Assembly: GCA_028711705.1 (NCBI GenBank)
Contig: JAQTRS010000001.1
Span: 30,581 to 94,580 of the forward strand
Direction: 5' to 3'
DNA: 64,000 bases
Source of the DNA: Candidatus Moraniibacteriota bacterium
Lineage (GTDB): Bacteria > Patescibacteriota > Minisyncoccia > Moranbacterales > UBA1568
Made by a program: the position numbers and the translations under genes. Every line of letters begins with the position of its first letter. Position 1 is the first letter of the stretch. Positions 37,470 through 46,782 of the stretch are shown here, piece by piece. Under the pieces are notes generated by a model. That model ran no database searches. It was not told the DNA's origin and saw only the letters and a program-made list of their open reading frames with translations.

Positions 37470-38648
37470 ATGAACGTTGTGAAGAAAATCGGATGGATCT
37501 TATTGCTCATACTGTTCGTCGCGTTTTTCGGCGGCGTCGGTTCCGTCGTCATCGATCGCTATCTGATTCCGAAGTTCGCAGGATCCTCCATATTCTATCG
37601 TTTCGCCTTCCTCAAGAAAGCCACTGAAAACACGACCATTATCAATAAGACGGAGCAGGTGGTGGTGCGCGAAGATGACTCGGTGGAGAAGATCGCGTCC
37701 CAAGCGACGACCGCCGTGGTCAAGATCGTGAGCGTGTCGGACAATAAGGCGCTGAAGACGACGGATAATTTGGCGGACACGCAAACGAACGCACCGGCAT
37801 TCGTGGTGGGGTCGGGCGTTTTGGTGACCAATGACGGGTTCATCGTGACCTACCGCAAGGCGATCACGGAAAAGAGCGCGACCTATACCGTGATGCTCTT
37901 CAATGGCGCGACACATGAAGCACGGCTTCTGGGTATCGATCCTTTGACCAATCTGGCCTACCTGAAAATCCAGGCCGACAATGTCCCGGCCATCTCGTTC
38001 TCCAATTCCGGCGATGTCCGCTCGGGCAAGAAATTGATCGCGCTCGCCGCATCTTCCCAGGGTTATCAGAATCAGTTCTCGACAGCGCTCCTCAATACTA
38101 TCGACAAGACCTTCAACCTGTCGGAAAAGACAGTCTCTTCTTCCGAGAAGTTGGAAGGCGTTTTCACGATGGATTTTCCGAATCAGAAGGACTATGTCGG
38201 CGGACCGGTCATCAACTACAACGGCGAGATGGTGGGTCTTGTCGGATGGACCGAGATGGACAATCAGAAACAGTATTTTGTCTTGCCGTCCAACACCATC
38301 AAGTCATCCTTGGACTTGGCATTGAGGGATGAATTAAGCAATCGTCCGGTGCTCGGATTGTACTACCTCTCCATCACCAAGGAGATGAGCCTCGCATATC
38401 GTTTTGAACGCGATTACGGCGCCCTGGTCTATTCTCCTTCGGGAAAATCGAGTTTGGCGGTCATCGCCGGCTCTCCCGCGGACCAGGCGAACTTCTCGGT
38501 GAATGACATCATCCTTGCGGTCAATGGCAAGGAGATCAACCTCGACAATCCGCTTTCCGTCGTAGTTAGCCAATTGAAGAAAGGAGACACTGCCGAATTC
38601 CTCGTCTTGCGTAACAAGGAGGAAATAAAGATTTCGGTGACGCTGTAA
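37470..38648 (+). CDS. HtrA-like trypsin-fold/PDZ protein with all three catalytic residues replaced, a probable pseudoprotease.
   Basis: It aligns to the upstream HtrA, but His becomes Lys (TYRKAI), Asp becomes Asn (NLAYLKI) and Ser becomes Val (YVGGPVIN). The PDZ domain is retained. Confidence 0.65.
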   Translation: MNVVKKIGWILLLILFVAFFGGVGSVVIDRYLIPKFAGSSIFYRFAFLKKATENTTIINKTEQVVVREDDSVEKIASQATTAVVKIVSVSDNKALKTTDNLADTQTNAPAFVVGSGVLVTNDGFIVTYRKAITEKSATYTVMLFNGATHEARLLGIDPLTNLAYLKIQADNVPAISFSNSGDVRSGKKLIALAASSQGYQNQFSTALLNTIDKTFNLSEKTVSSSEKLEGVFTMDFPNQKDYVGGPVINYNGEMVGLVGWTEMDNQKQYFVLPSNTIKSSLDLALRDELSNRPVLGLYYLSITKEMSLAYRFERDYGALVYSPSGKSSLAVIAGSPADQANFSVNDIILAVNGKEINLDNPLSVVVSQLKKGDTAEFLVLRNKEEIKISVTL

Positions 38649-38674
38649 AGCTACTGATTTTACAAGTATCTACG

Positions 38675-38701
38675 ATTAGCACCCGTCCTTGACGAGTGCT
38701 A
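38675..38701 (+). promoter_or_regulatory. CIRCE element (HrcA operator) overlapping a TTGACG-N17-TATAAT promoter in front of groES.
   Basis: TTAGCACCC-N9-GAGTGCTAA matches the CIRCE consensus TTAGCACTC-N9-GAGTGCTAA. The -35 box is at 38688-38693 and the -10 at 38711-38716. Confidence 0.75.
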
Positions 38702-38747
38702 AGTTTTTTCTTATAATTGAGGTATAAACAGTAATAGCGAATCCCTT

Positions 38748-39023
38748 ATGAATACCGTACACGTAAAGCCGCTCGGCAAGAATATCCTGGTCCTCCCGCA
38801 GCAGGCGGAGAAGAAAACGGACACCGGCATTTTCCTCCCGGACACCGCCACTCAGGAACGCCCCCAGCAGGGGAAAGTCATCGCCGTGGGGGAAAGTGAC
38901 AAGATCACCGTCAAGCCCGGTCAGACGGTCATTTACACCCGCTACGGCGGTACCGAAGTCAAGATCGATGACCAAGAGTACCTGATCGTGAAAAACGAGG
39001 ATGTCTTGGCGGTCATCGGGTAG
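38748..39023 (+). CDS. groES: Co-chaperonin GroES
   Basis: 91 aa. VKPLGKNILVLPQQAEKKTDTGIFLPD...GKVIAVGE is typical of Cpn10. Confidence 0.9.
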   Translation: MNTVHVKPLGKNILVLPQQAEKKTDTGIFLPDTATQERPQQGKVIAVGESDKITVKPGQTVIYTRYGGTEVKIDDQEYLIVKNEDVLAVIG

Positions 39024-39064
39024 GGGTAGATTGAGTGGTTCAAGTTCTATCATTGGAGCATAGG

Positions 39065-39097
39065 AAAAAAACAGGACTTTATTCAGTTCTGTTTTTC
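39065..39097 (+). terminator. Weak rho-independent terminator after groES
   Basis: AAAACAG...CTGTTTT stem flanked by an A-run and a T-run. Confidence 0.35.
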
Positions 39098-39237
39098 GTT
39101 ACTGAGAACAAGATTCAAACCTTTTGTCTATTGCATTGGCTTGCATAAAATACATGATTCGGTGAAATAATGGTACTATATATTCAAAGAGGGTGGGTGT
39201 TGAATCGAGGCAGGATTTTCCCATATATATTAAACCT

Positions 39238-40614
39238 ATGAGTAAAGTGGAGAAAGATTTCATCGAGGAGATGGCGGAGGCCCCGGCAATCATCTTGGAG
39301 AAGACGCTCAAGACGACCGGTGAGGCCATCGCGAGCCTCCCGGGAAAAACATCGCTCAAGAAGGCGCGCCGCTATTGGGACACCTTGGGGCCGGGACTGA
39401 CGACCGGAGCATCCGACGATGATCCGTCGGGCATCGCGACCTATTCGCAGACGGGTGCCCAATACGGCTTCCAGCTTCTGTGGCTGGCGCCGTTCACGTT
39501 CCCGCTCATGGCCACGATCCAGGAAATGTGCGCCCGCATCGGGATGCAGACCGGCAACGGGCTGGCATCCAATATCCGGCAGAACTTCTCAAAGAAAATC
39601 CTCTATGGCACAGCCGGGCTGCTCCTTGCGGCAAACGCCTTCAATATCGGTGCGGATCTGGGCGCGATGGCACAGGGAGTGAGGCTGCTCATCCCTTCGA
39701 TGAATGCCGGATTACTCGTCATCTTCTTTACGCTCCTCAGTATCGGGCTGCAGATCTTCGTTTCGTATGCGCGCTATGCCCAATACCTCAAATACCTCGC
39801 GCTCGTTTTGCTCGCATACATCGTGTCGGCGATTTTGGCCGGCCTGGATTGGCGACAGGTCGCGCATGCCGCCGTGGTCCCGTCGATCACGTTTTCCAAG
39901 GACCAGGTCATACTGATCTGCGCCATTTTGGGAACGACCATCTCCCCATACCTTTTCTTCTGGCAGTCCTCGCAGGAAGTGGAGGAGGAAATCAGCAAGG
40001 GAAAAACGTCGCCCCAATCGCGCAAGGGTATGGCAAAGAAAGAGATCCGTGAAATGCGCGTCGATGTCTGGTCGGGCATGTTCCTCTCCAATGCCGTCAT
40101 GTTCTTCATTATCGCCGCCTGCGCCGCTGTTTTGTATTCGCGCGGCATCACCACCATCACCAGCGCTGCCGAGGCTGCCGAGGCGCTGCGTCCGTTCGCG
40201 GGCGACTCGACCTATTTCTTATTCGCGCTCGGGATTATAGGGACGGGGCTTTTGGCGATACCGGTGCTGGCAGGATCGGCCGCCTATGTCATAGCGGAGA
40301 GTTTCGATTGGAAGACCGGCCTTTCGAAAACCCTCAAGCAGGCGCGCGCTTTCTACGGCGTGATCATCATCGCCATGTGCGCCGGCCTTGCGATGAACTT
40401 CGTCGGACTGGACCCTATCAAGGCCCTGATCTATTCCGCTGTCTTAAACGGGCTCATCGCGCCGGTCATCTTGGTGCTCATCGTGCGTCTCAGCAGCAGC
40501 AAACTCGTCATGGGCAAACGCACTAATGGCCCCTTAACCACTGCCGTCGGCTGGTTTACGGTCACCCTTATGGTCTTTGTCGGACTGGCAACCATCTCTG
40601 CTTTGTTCGTGTAA
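39238..40614 (+). CDS. mntH: Nramp-family divalent metal transporter (MntH-like)
   Basis: GPGLTTGASDDDPSGIATYSQTGAQYGFQLLWL is the Nramp signature. ~11 TM helices. An upstream alternative start exists at 39193. Confidence 0.85.
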   Translation: MSKVEKDFIEEMAEAPAIILEKTLKTTGEAIASLPGKTSLKKARRYWDTLGPGLTTGASDDDPSGIATYSQTGAQYGFQLLWLAPFTFPLMATIQEMCARIGMQTGNGLASNIRQNFSKKILYGTAGLLLAANAFNIGADLGAMAQGVRLLIPSMNAGLLVIFFTLLSIGLQIFVSYARYAQYLKYLALVLLAYIVSAILAGLDWRQVAHAAVVPSITFSKDQVILICAILGTTISPYLFFWQSSQEVEEEISKGKTSPQSRKGMAKKEIREMRVDVWSGMFLSNAVMFFIIAACAAVLYSRGITTITSAAEAAEALRPFAGDSTYFLFALGIIGTGLLAIPVLAGSAAYVIAESFDWKTGLSKTLKQARAFYGVIIIAMCAGLAMNFVGLDPIKALIYSAVLNGLIAPVILVLIVRLSSSKLVMGKRTNGPLTTAVGWFTVTLMVFVGLATISALFV

Positions 40615-40729
40615 GCAATGAGTACTGGACAAAATAGGAAGGTTGCGCTATTATACACAGTCCGATCGTGGACCACATATTTTTTGCTACGAGAGTAGTT
40701 CCTTTCCAACATGATTGAGGAGAATGGGT

Positions 40730-40957
40730 ATGCAAAGCTTGATGAAAAATTTGGTGGAAATGCTTAGAATAACCACCGAATTTACGGAAGACTATATACT
40801 GGAAAAATTCAAAGAGTTCAGACTGCTCGAACAACACAAAGATGTTGATTTTGAAGGAGATGTTTCCAATTTTCCAGTTACCACGCAGCTTCCATTATTG
40901 CACCAACTGGAAACTTTCATTATAAACGGTATGGATGGCCAGCATCTTCGGGATTGA
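40730..40957 (+). CDS. Small hypothetical protein (~75 aa)
   Basis: ORF with GAGGAG about 10 nt upstream. No recognisable motif. Confidence 0.3.
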   Translation: MQSLMKNLVEMLRITTEFTEDYILEKFKEFRLLEQHKDVDFEGDVSNFPVTTQLPLLHQLETFIINGMDGQHLRD

Positions 40958-41020
40958 AGTAAAAAAAGCGGCGAGACTTAAGAAGTCGAACCGCTTTTAT
41001 CATACCCGAAAGGGGAGTAT

Positions 41021-41845
41021 TTACTTCTGTGCCTCAAAGCCCTTATCCTTCCAGGCAGAGAAGCCGCCCTTGAGGACTTCGGTCGAGAAGAAGCCCAAGT
41101 CGAACAGTCTCACGCCGGACTGGAAATCCTCGAGCTCCGAATTGCCATAGGAAACGATTTTCGCGGCCGCCGGTATTTTCCCGTAGAAGGTTTCGAGCTG
41201 ATCGAAGGGGAGGTTGACGGCGCCAGGGACATGGCCTTGGTCGTAATCGTCCTTGGAGCGCATATCGATGATGAAGTAAGACTGTCTGGCACTCAGGTTG
41301 CCCTTGAGCTTTTCCGGGGTGATGTAATTGACCTTGGATTGATCGGTTACCGATTCCGGATCTCCGAAGGTGATGGTTTTCCCGCCGGAATTTTTCCACC
41401 CGTCGAATCCGCCGCGCAGGATAAATATCGGCGCCGTATCATTCTTTTCCTGTAGGGCTTGGAGGGCCATGATGCCGATGCCCTGCTCATTGCCGGAGGC
41501 GGTGATCAGCACGAAGGTGAAACCCTCCTTTATATTGAGCGCATCGATGAGCTCGAAGGGGATATTGGTGGACTGCGGGACATGCTCGGAGGAGAAGAGC
41601 TCGTTGGAGCGGATATCGATCAGGATGATTTTCGACGGATCCTGCTGCCTCTTTTCAAGGACGCCCTCGTAGGAGATGAAGCTCTCGTCATCGGCGACAG
41701 GCGCGCTCTCTATTTGGGTGGAGAGCATCGACTGCGCCTTATGTTTTTTGAAATAGCTGTTTCCATAGAAGACGACAATGCCTATGATGCCGAAAAACCC
41801 GATAAAGAAGATGACGGATTCTTTGCGAGGTCGAAATAGGGACAT
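41021..41845 (-). CDS. Membrane-anchored tandem rhodanese-domain sulfurtransferase
   Basis: Two rhodanese modules (ILIDIRSNELFSSEHVPQSTNIPF and FIIDMRSKDDYDQGHVPGAVNLPF) after an N-terminal TM segment. Confidence 0.75.
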   Translation of the reverse strand: MSLFRPRKESVIFFIGFFGIIGIVVFYGNSYFKKHKAQSMLSTQIESAPVADDESFISYEGVLEKRQQDPSKIILIDIRSNELFSSEHVPQSTNIPFELIDALNIKEGFTFVLITASGNEQGIGIMALQALQEKNDTAPIFILRGGFDGWKNSGGKTITFGDPESVTDQSKVNYITPEKLKGNLSARQSYFIIDMRSKDDYDQGHVPGAVNLPFDQLETFYGKIPAAAKIVSYGNSELEDFQSGVRLFDLGFFSTEVLKGGFSAWKDKGFEAQK

Positions 41846-41862
41846 AGTTTTTGTTTTAATGA

Positions 41863-42843
41863 CTACTGCAGGACGCTCCCGATAAATTGCGGATACCCTT
41901 TGACGAATTCCTTGATAGGCGCGACAGTTTTTCCTTCCAGATGGACCTCCTCAAGGAGTATGACACCCGAGGAAGTCTGTACGCCGATTTTTTCGCCCAG
42001 CTCGAACACCTCTCCGAGGCGATGCGTCGTCTGAGGGCTTTGCTTTTGGCAGGCGATGCGTATCAGTTTGATTCTCAGGCGCTGGCCGTCCTCGCGATGC
42101 CAGATGCTGTACATGCCCGGCCAAGGATAGAGCGCGCGGTAGGCATTGTATATCGTCACGGCATCCGTGTTCCAGAGGATATGCCCGTCTTCGCGTTCGA
42201 TGAGCTGGCACAGCGTGGCCTGCGACGCATCCTGGCTTTGCGAGGTGATCCTACGCTCTATCCATGCCGGGAGCGTTTCCAAAAGCAAGGCGGCGCTTTC
42301 GTTGGCCAGTGTTTCGGCAAGTTCCGGGTAGCGTTCGTCCGCATCGATAGCGACGACTTTCTGCGCGATGATGTCGCCGCTGTCCACGCCCTCGTCCATC
42401 AGCATGATAGTGGTACCGGTAGTTTCTTCGCCGGAAATCAGGGCATTTTGGATAGGGGATGGCCCGCGGAATTTCGGAAGCAGGGATGGGTGGATATTGA
42501 TGCAACCAAAGCCGGGTATCTTGAGGACCGATAGCGGAAGGATCTTGCCATACGCCACCACGACGATCATATCGGGCTTATATTCCTTGAGCTTCCGGAG
42601 CGTTTCCTCGTCGAATCGCTCCGGCTGTTCGACAGGGATAGCGTGCTTCCCGGCGAGCTGTTTCACGGGACTTTCCTGGATTTCCTGCTTGCGTCCGATA
42701 GCCTTGTCCGGGCGCGTGTAGGCGGCCACGATGTTATAGCGCCTATCGATCAAGGACGCGAGGATGGACTGCGCGAAGGCGGGCGTTCCCATGAAAACGA
42801 CGCGGATTTTCGGAGCCTCGGAGTTTGTCTTTTGTGTATCCAT
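41863..42843 (-). CDS. fmt: Methionyl-tRNA formyltransferase
   Basis: IRVVFMGTPAFAQSILASL...AYTRPDK is a typical Fmt N-terminus. ~325 aa. Confidence 0.9.
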   Translation of the reverse strand: MDTQKTNSEAPKIRVVFMGTPAFAQSILASLIDRRYNIVAAYTRPDKAIGRKQEIQESPVKQLAGKHAIPVEQPERFDEETLRKLKEYKPDMIVVVAYGKILPLSVLKIPGFGCINIHPSLLPKFRGPSPIQNALISGEETTGTTIMLMDEGVDSGDIIAQKVVAIDADERYPELAETLANESAALLLETLPAWIERRITSQSQDASQATLCQLIEREDGHILWNTDAVTIYNAYRALYPWPGMYSIWHREDGQRLRIKLIRIACQKQSPQTTHRLGEVFELGEKIGVQTSSGVILLEEVHLEGKTVAPIKEFVKGYPQFIGSVLQ

Positions 42844-42867
42844 AATGGTTTTGTGTTTCGTAACGGT

Positions 42868-43350
42868 TTAGCGCCACACCGGAGTTTTCGGATTGATCTT
42901 CTGCTTCTTGTAGCGGTCGATGATCAAGGTCCCTTCGAGGTGGTCGATTTCGTGCTGTATGGCGATGGCCATGATGCCGGACATCTTCGCTTTCACGTCT
43001 TCACCGAATTCATTCTGGTAGCGCACAGTGACCTGTTCGGAACGCTCGATCCAAAAGAACTGCCCCGGCAGGCTCAAGCAACCTTCCTCGAACAGGACCT
43101 TCTCTTTGGAGAGCGAGGTGAGTGTCGGGTTGATATATACGCTGCGTTTCTCCTCGTATTCGATAACGGCGACACGCACGGATCGGTTGATCTGCGGTGC
43201 GGCAAGGCCCATGCCTTCGGCGGCATGCATCGAATCGAACATATCCTCAATCAACTGCTTGATTTCCAGACTGTTCGGGTCTTTGACTTTCTGGGCTTTT
43301 TTGTGGAGCACTTCGGTCTGGGCTCCGGTAACGATGGGGATGACTGACAT
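42868..43350 (-). CDS. def: Peptide deformylase
   Basis: GMGLAAPQI, EGCLSLPG and HEIDHLEG motifs. Confidence 0.92.
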   Translation of the reverse strand: MSVIPIVTGAQTEVLHKKAQKVKDPNSLEIKQLIEDMFDSMHAAEGMGLAAPQINRSVRVAVIEYEEKRSVYINPTLTSLSKEKVLFEEGCLSLPGQFFWIERSEQVTVRYQNEFGEDVKAKMSGIMAIAIQHEIDHLEGTLIIDRYKKQKINPKTPVWR

Positions 43351-43377
43351 ATACGTGATTCTAGGTCTTTATGATTT

Positions 43378-45408
43378 TTAAATGAGGCTGATCGGATCGA
43401 TGTCGATAATGCAGTCCTTGGCTATTGTGAGAAAAAAATCCGAAAGTTCGGTCGGGAGCTTTTGCTCTTTGCAGCGGATAATGATCTGTTTACGGTAGTT
43501 CTCTCGAACCTTGGCGATGATCGGATGCTGCGGTTCGGATATGCGGAGCGCTCGGTTGCGTCCGGCGATTCCTGTGAGTTTGGTGTGGATTTTCTGCGTC
43601 TCTTTTTCGACCTTCTTGCTCTCTTCGTGTTGGAAGATGATTTTGATCAGGCGCCCGAACGGGGGATAGAAAAGCATCTCCCGCTGCTCCGCCGTCTCTT
43701 TATAAAAAGTAGGGAAGTCCCTGATTTGTATTTTTTGCAGCGTCGGATTCTCGGGATAGAAAGTCTGAATGAGTGCTGTTCCGTGGGAGCGGCTTCCGAT
43801 ACGCGCCATGCGGCCCGCCGCCTGAAGGATGTGTTGGAATGCGTTCTCATCGGTCTTGAAATCGGCCCACGCAAACAAACTATCCGCATCAATCATACCA
43901 ACAAGAGCTACATTCGGCAAGTCCCAGCCTTTGGTCGCCATCTGTGTTCCGATGAGGATATCGATGTTTCCCTGGGCGAAATTTCGGAAGACCTTCTCCT
44001 GTGCACCTTTCTTCTGCATGGTCTGCCGGTCGATGCGAGCAACCTTGCTATACGGGAAGCGTTTCAGGACATCGCGCTCTATTTTTTGCGTTCCGGTGCC
44101 GACATTTTTGAAGTTGACGCCGCCGCACGAGACGCATGCGGGAGTGGCCGAGCTTTTGTGCGAACAGTGGAGGCAGCGATAAATACTAAGCGACGCGTCG
44201 AAGACAAGCGCGCGTTCGCAGGAGGGGCATTTCAGGATAGTCTTGCAGTGATCGCATACCGAAAATGAGCTTGCTCCCTGGCGATTGATAAACAGGAAAA
44301 TTTGGCGCTTGGCTTTGAGCGTAAGCGTCATCTCGGCCATGAGTTCCTCGGAGAGCGACCCGAAGTTTTTGTTATGGCGTTCGAAACGGAGATTGACGAG
44401 TTTGATATCGTAATGCGGCTGCATCGGAAGCGCCGAGAGTTTGAGGAGGGTGTAGGTACGCTCATGCGCCTTGTGGAAACGCTCGATGGAAGGGGTGGCG
44501 GATCCGAAGACGAGATTGGCATGGTGGATGGCGGCAAGCTTTTCTGCCACGTCGCGCCCGTCATAGCGCGGGCTCATATCCCATTGCTTATACGCATCGT
44601 CTTGTTCCTCATCCACGACCACGAAACGAAGGTTCTTGAAGGGTGCGAAGAGCGCCTGTCTTGTCCCGATAATCACTTGCGCTTCGCCGCGCGCGATACG
44701 TGCCCAGGTTTCATAGAAGGTGCCGGTCGTGAGGTGACTGTGGATGATAGCGATATTCTCCTTGCCGAAGGCCTCGCCGTAGCGGCCGATCTCTTGGGGG
44801 ATGAGCGTGAGTTCGGGAACGAGGACGAGCGCCTGTTCTCCCGCTTCGAGCTTCGCCTTGATGGAACGGATATACACCTCGGTTTTGCCGGAGGATGCAG
44901 GACCGAACAGATAGAACGGTTTTGTGCTCGGGCGGCTGATCTTTTCGATGGCTGAAAGCTGCTCTTGCGTCGGATGGATACGCTTGGCGGACATTGGTGC
45001 TTGTTGCATGGCAGGCAGTCCTGTCTTGGCGCGCGCCTTGGCGACCTGCGGGATGAAGTGAACAAGCGTCCGGCCCAACGAGGTGAAGTAGCGCTTGGAG
45101 ATGAAGATAGCAAGCTGCAACTGTTCGGGCGTCAGGAAATCCTCGCGTATGACGGAGAGGATAGGCTTGACCCTGAAGGGCGGCATCTTGTGTTTGCCGG
45201 TACTCATATTGCGCGAGGCGAAAACGACTCCCTTGAGGGTGCGTGTCGTCACCGGGATAGAGACAAGCGCCCCCGGCCGAACCTCGACATCGGAGGCATA
45301 GGTAAAAAATTGCCCGCGCGTGAGCGGAAGGCTGGTGAGGGGCGCGACTTCCACATGCCACACGGAAGCTTTGCCTGAAGTTGCGGAGACTGATTTTTGA
45401 GTGGTCAT
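43378..45408 (-). CDS. priA: Primosomal protein N' (replication restart helicase PriA)
   Basis: Helicase motifs GPASSGKTEVY and DEEQD. A Cys-rich zinc insertion (CDHCKTILKCPSCE...CLHCSH...CVSCGG). The longer ORF to 45522 probably overextends the N-terminus. Confidence 0.85.
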   Translation of the reverse strand: MTTQKSVSATSGKASVWHVEVAPLTSLPLTRGQFFTYASDVEVRPGALVSIPVTTRTLKGVVFASRNMSTGKHKMPPFRVKPILSVIREDFLTPEQLQLAIFISKRYFTSLGRTLVHFIPQVAKARAKTGLPAMQQAPMSAKRIHPTQEQLSAIEKISRPSTKPFYLFGPASSGKTEVYIRSIKAKLEAGEQALVLVPELTLIPQEIGRYGEAFGKENIAIIHSHLTTGTFYETWARIARGEAQVIIGTRQALFAPFKNLRFVVVDEEQDDAYKQWDMSPRYDGRDVAEKLAAIHHANLVFGSATPSIERFHKAHERTYTLLKLSALPMQPHYDIKLVNLRFERHNKNFGSLSEELMAEMTLTLKAKRQIFLFINRQGASSFSVCDHCKTILKCPSCERALVFDASLSIYRCLHCSHKSSATPACVSCGGVNFKNVGTGTQKIERDVLKRFPYSKVARIDRQTMQKKGAQEKVFRNFAQGNIDILIGTQMATKGWDLPNVALVGMIDADSLFAWADFKTDENAFQHILQAAGRMARIGSRSHGTALIQTFYPENPTLQKIQIRDFPTFYKETAEQREMLFYPPFGRLIKIIFQHEESKKVEKETQKIHTKLTGIAGRNRALRISEPQHPIIAKVRENYRKQIIIRCKEQKLPTELSDFFLTIAKDCIIDIDPISLI

Positions 45409-45639
45409 ACCTCTATTGTAACAGCCCCGGCCCATTTGCGGAACGGACGTCATTTGGAGCTGTTTTGCTAGCGAATGCATGAAAAAACGCGCAACAGGGG
45501 TGGGTATATGAAAGACTGTCAAAGACCATTGACACTTTGTCTCTTTTGTACTATATTGGGTAGGTCACGGCGGAGAAATCCCTCTCAATGCCGGAGACAC
45601 AATTTAGGTTGATTTAACAAATAGAGGAAGAGGTGTACG

Positions 45640-46086
45640 ATGAAGAGCAACAGTCTCGGTGGTAATCTTGAATTAACCACAGAAATACTAGCGACCACGC
45701 CCATATATTTCGCGGGTCTCTACGGTAAGATCGTGACAAGAATTCAGTCGCCCGAGCAACTGCAAACGCTCGCGGATTTGGTATCGACACTCCATAATGC
45801 GGGGTGTACGGAAGAAACCATCGAAACACTGTGTGTTTATGGTGAATTTACCAGTCTGAGTGAACTGGCAAACGGACGGTATGCATTCAGGGATTATCGC
45901 GATTTGGGCATTTCTGTTGATCAGGCATGGTTTCTGATTGAAGAAATGAAGCAGATTAGAAAACAAATGGAGCAGGCACGACAAAAGTCTGCCTATAGAC
46001 TTCAATTAATAAAAACTGCTTACCAAAAAATCATACAACGCAATAACGAAGCCCAAGCCCAAGAAAAAGTAACGGCCGGGGCTTAG
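45640..46086 (+). CDS. Hypothetical protein (148 aa)
   Basis: Preceded by TTGACA-N17-TATATT (about 45569-45597) and followed by a strong terminator. Confidence 0.5.
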   Translation: MKSNSLGGNLELTTEILATTPIYFAGLYGKIVTRIQSPEQLQTLADLVSTLHNAGCTEETIETLCVYGEFTSLSELANGRYAFRDYRDLGISVDQAWFLIEEMKQIRKQMEQARQKSAYRLQLIKTAYQKIIQRNNEAQAQEKVTAGA

Positions 46087-46115
46087 GGAAAGGCGGTGTA
46101 TTCCTAAACGTGAAG

Positions 46116-46153
46116 GGCAGTGAAAAAGTTAAAAACTTATCACTGCCTTTTAT
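46116..46153 (+). terminator. Rho-independent terminator (GGCAGTGA-loop-TCACTGCC + TTTTAT)
   Basis: Perfect 8-bp stem read from the sequence. Confidence 0.6.
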
Positions 46154-46257
46154 AATACCCACATACACAAACCTCCATTGCCTAGAATTTCTTTACAGAT
46201 ACCTGAAGATGGTGTATGGTGAGGGATACGCGAGTATGTATATTTCAGCGCTAATAG

Positions 46258-46581
46258 ATGATCATTATGCCTAAGGTATTCGAGGTGAAGGGGGAAGTGA
46301 AGAAACATGAAGGCAAGGCTGGCTGGCTTTTTATCCATATCGATAAGGAGATTTCGGCGGAAATCTTCAGACTGACGAAGGGCATGAAAAAAGTCGGTTT
46401 CGGCTTCATTCCAGTGCAGGCAAAACTCAGGACAAGCACGTGGGATACCGCCATCTTCCCAGGCAGGGATCATCGATATCTTTTGGCTATCAAAAGGTCT
46501 ATCGGGAGGGTGGAAAATACCAATGAGGGTGATCGTATCGATGTCCGATTGACCCTGATCCCGCCGCAAGGCAAGGAGTGA
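46258..46581 (+). CDS. DUF1905-like small beta-rich protein
   Basis: ~100 aa. KHEGKAGWLFIHIDKEISAEIF...VRLTLIP resembles the DUF1905 pattern. Confidence 0.45.
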   Translation: MIIMPKVFEVKGEVKKHEGKAGWLFIHIDKEISAEIFRLTKGMKKVGFGFIPVQAKLRTSTWDTAIFPGRDHRYLLAIKRSIGRVENTNEGDRIDVRLTLIPPQGKE

Positions 46582-46782
46582 TCTTGCAGCATATCAGAAA
46601 ATGAGCATGAAAAAACAATGGATACGGATATGCGCTACTATTTTTGTTGTGTCTCAGGATACCCTCTTGTATTCTTTGTCGCACTCAAAACGAAGAGCTT
46701 ATGATGACTGTAGTTTTCGTTTATGCGTTCAACCTCTTGAAACTCTTTACAACGCATGACAAAAAGAGTATGGTAGAAGTAT

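Noticed and set aside
39419-40240. Alternative-frame ORFs inside the Nramp gene
   Set aside because: The Nramp frame has the family signature and a TM periodicity.
43462-45378. Plus-strand ORFs antisense to priA
   Set aside because: PriA helicase and zinc-finger motifs are on the minus strand.
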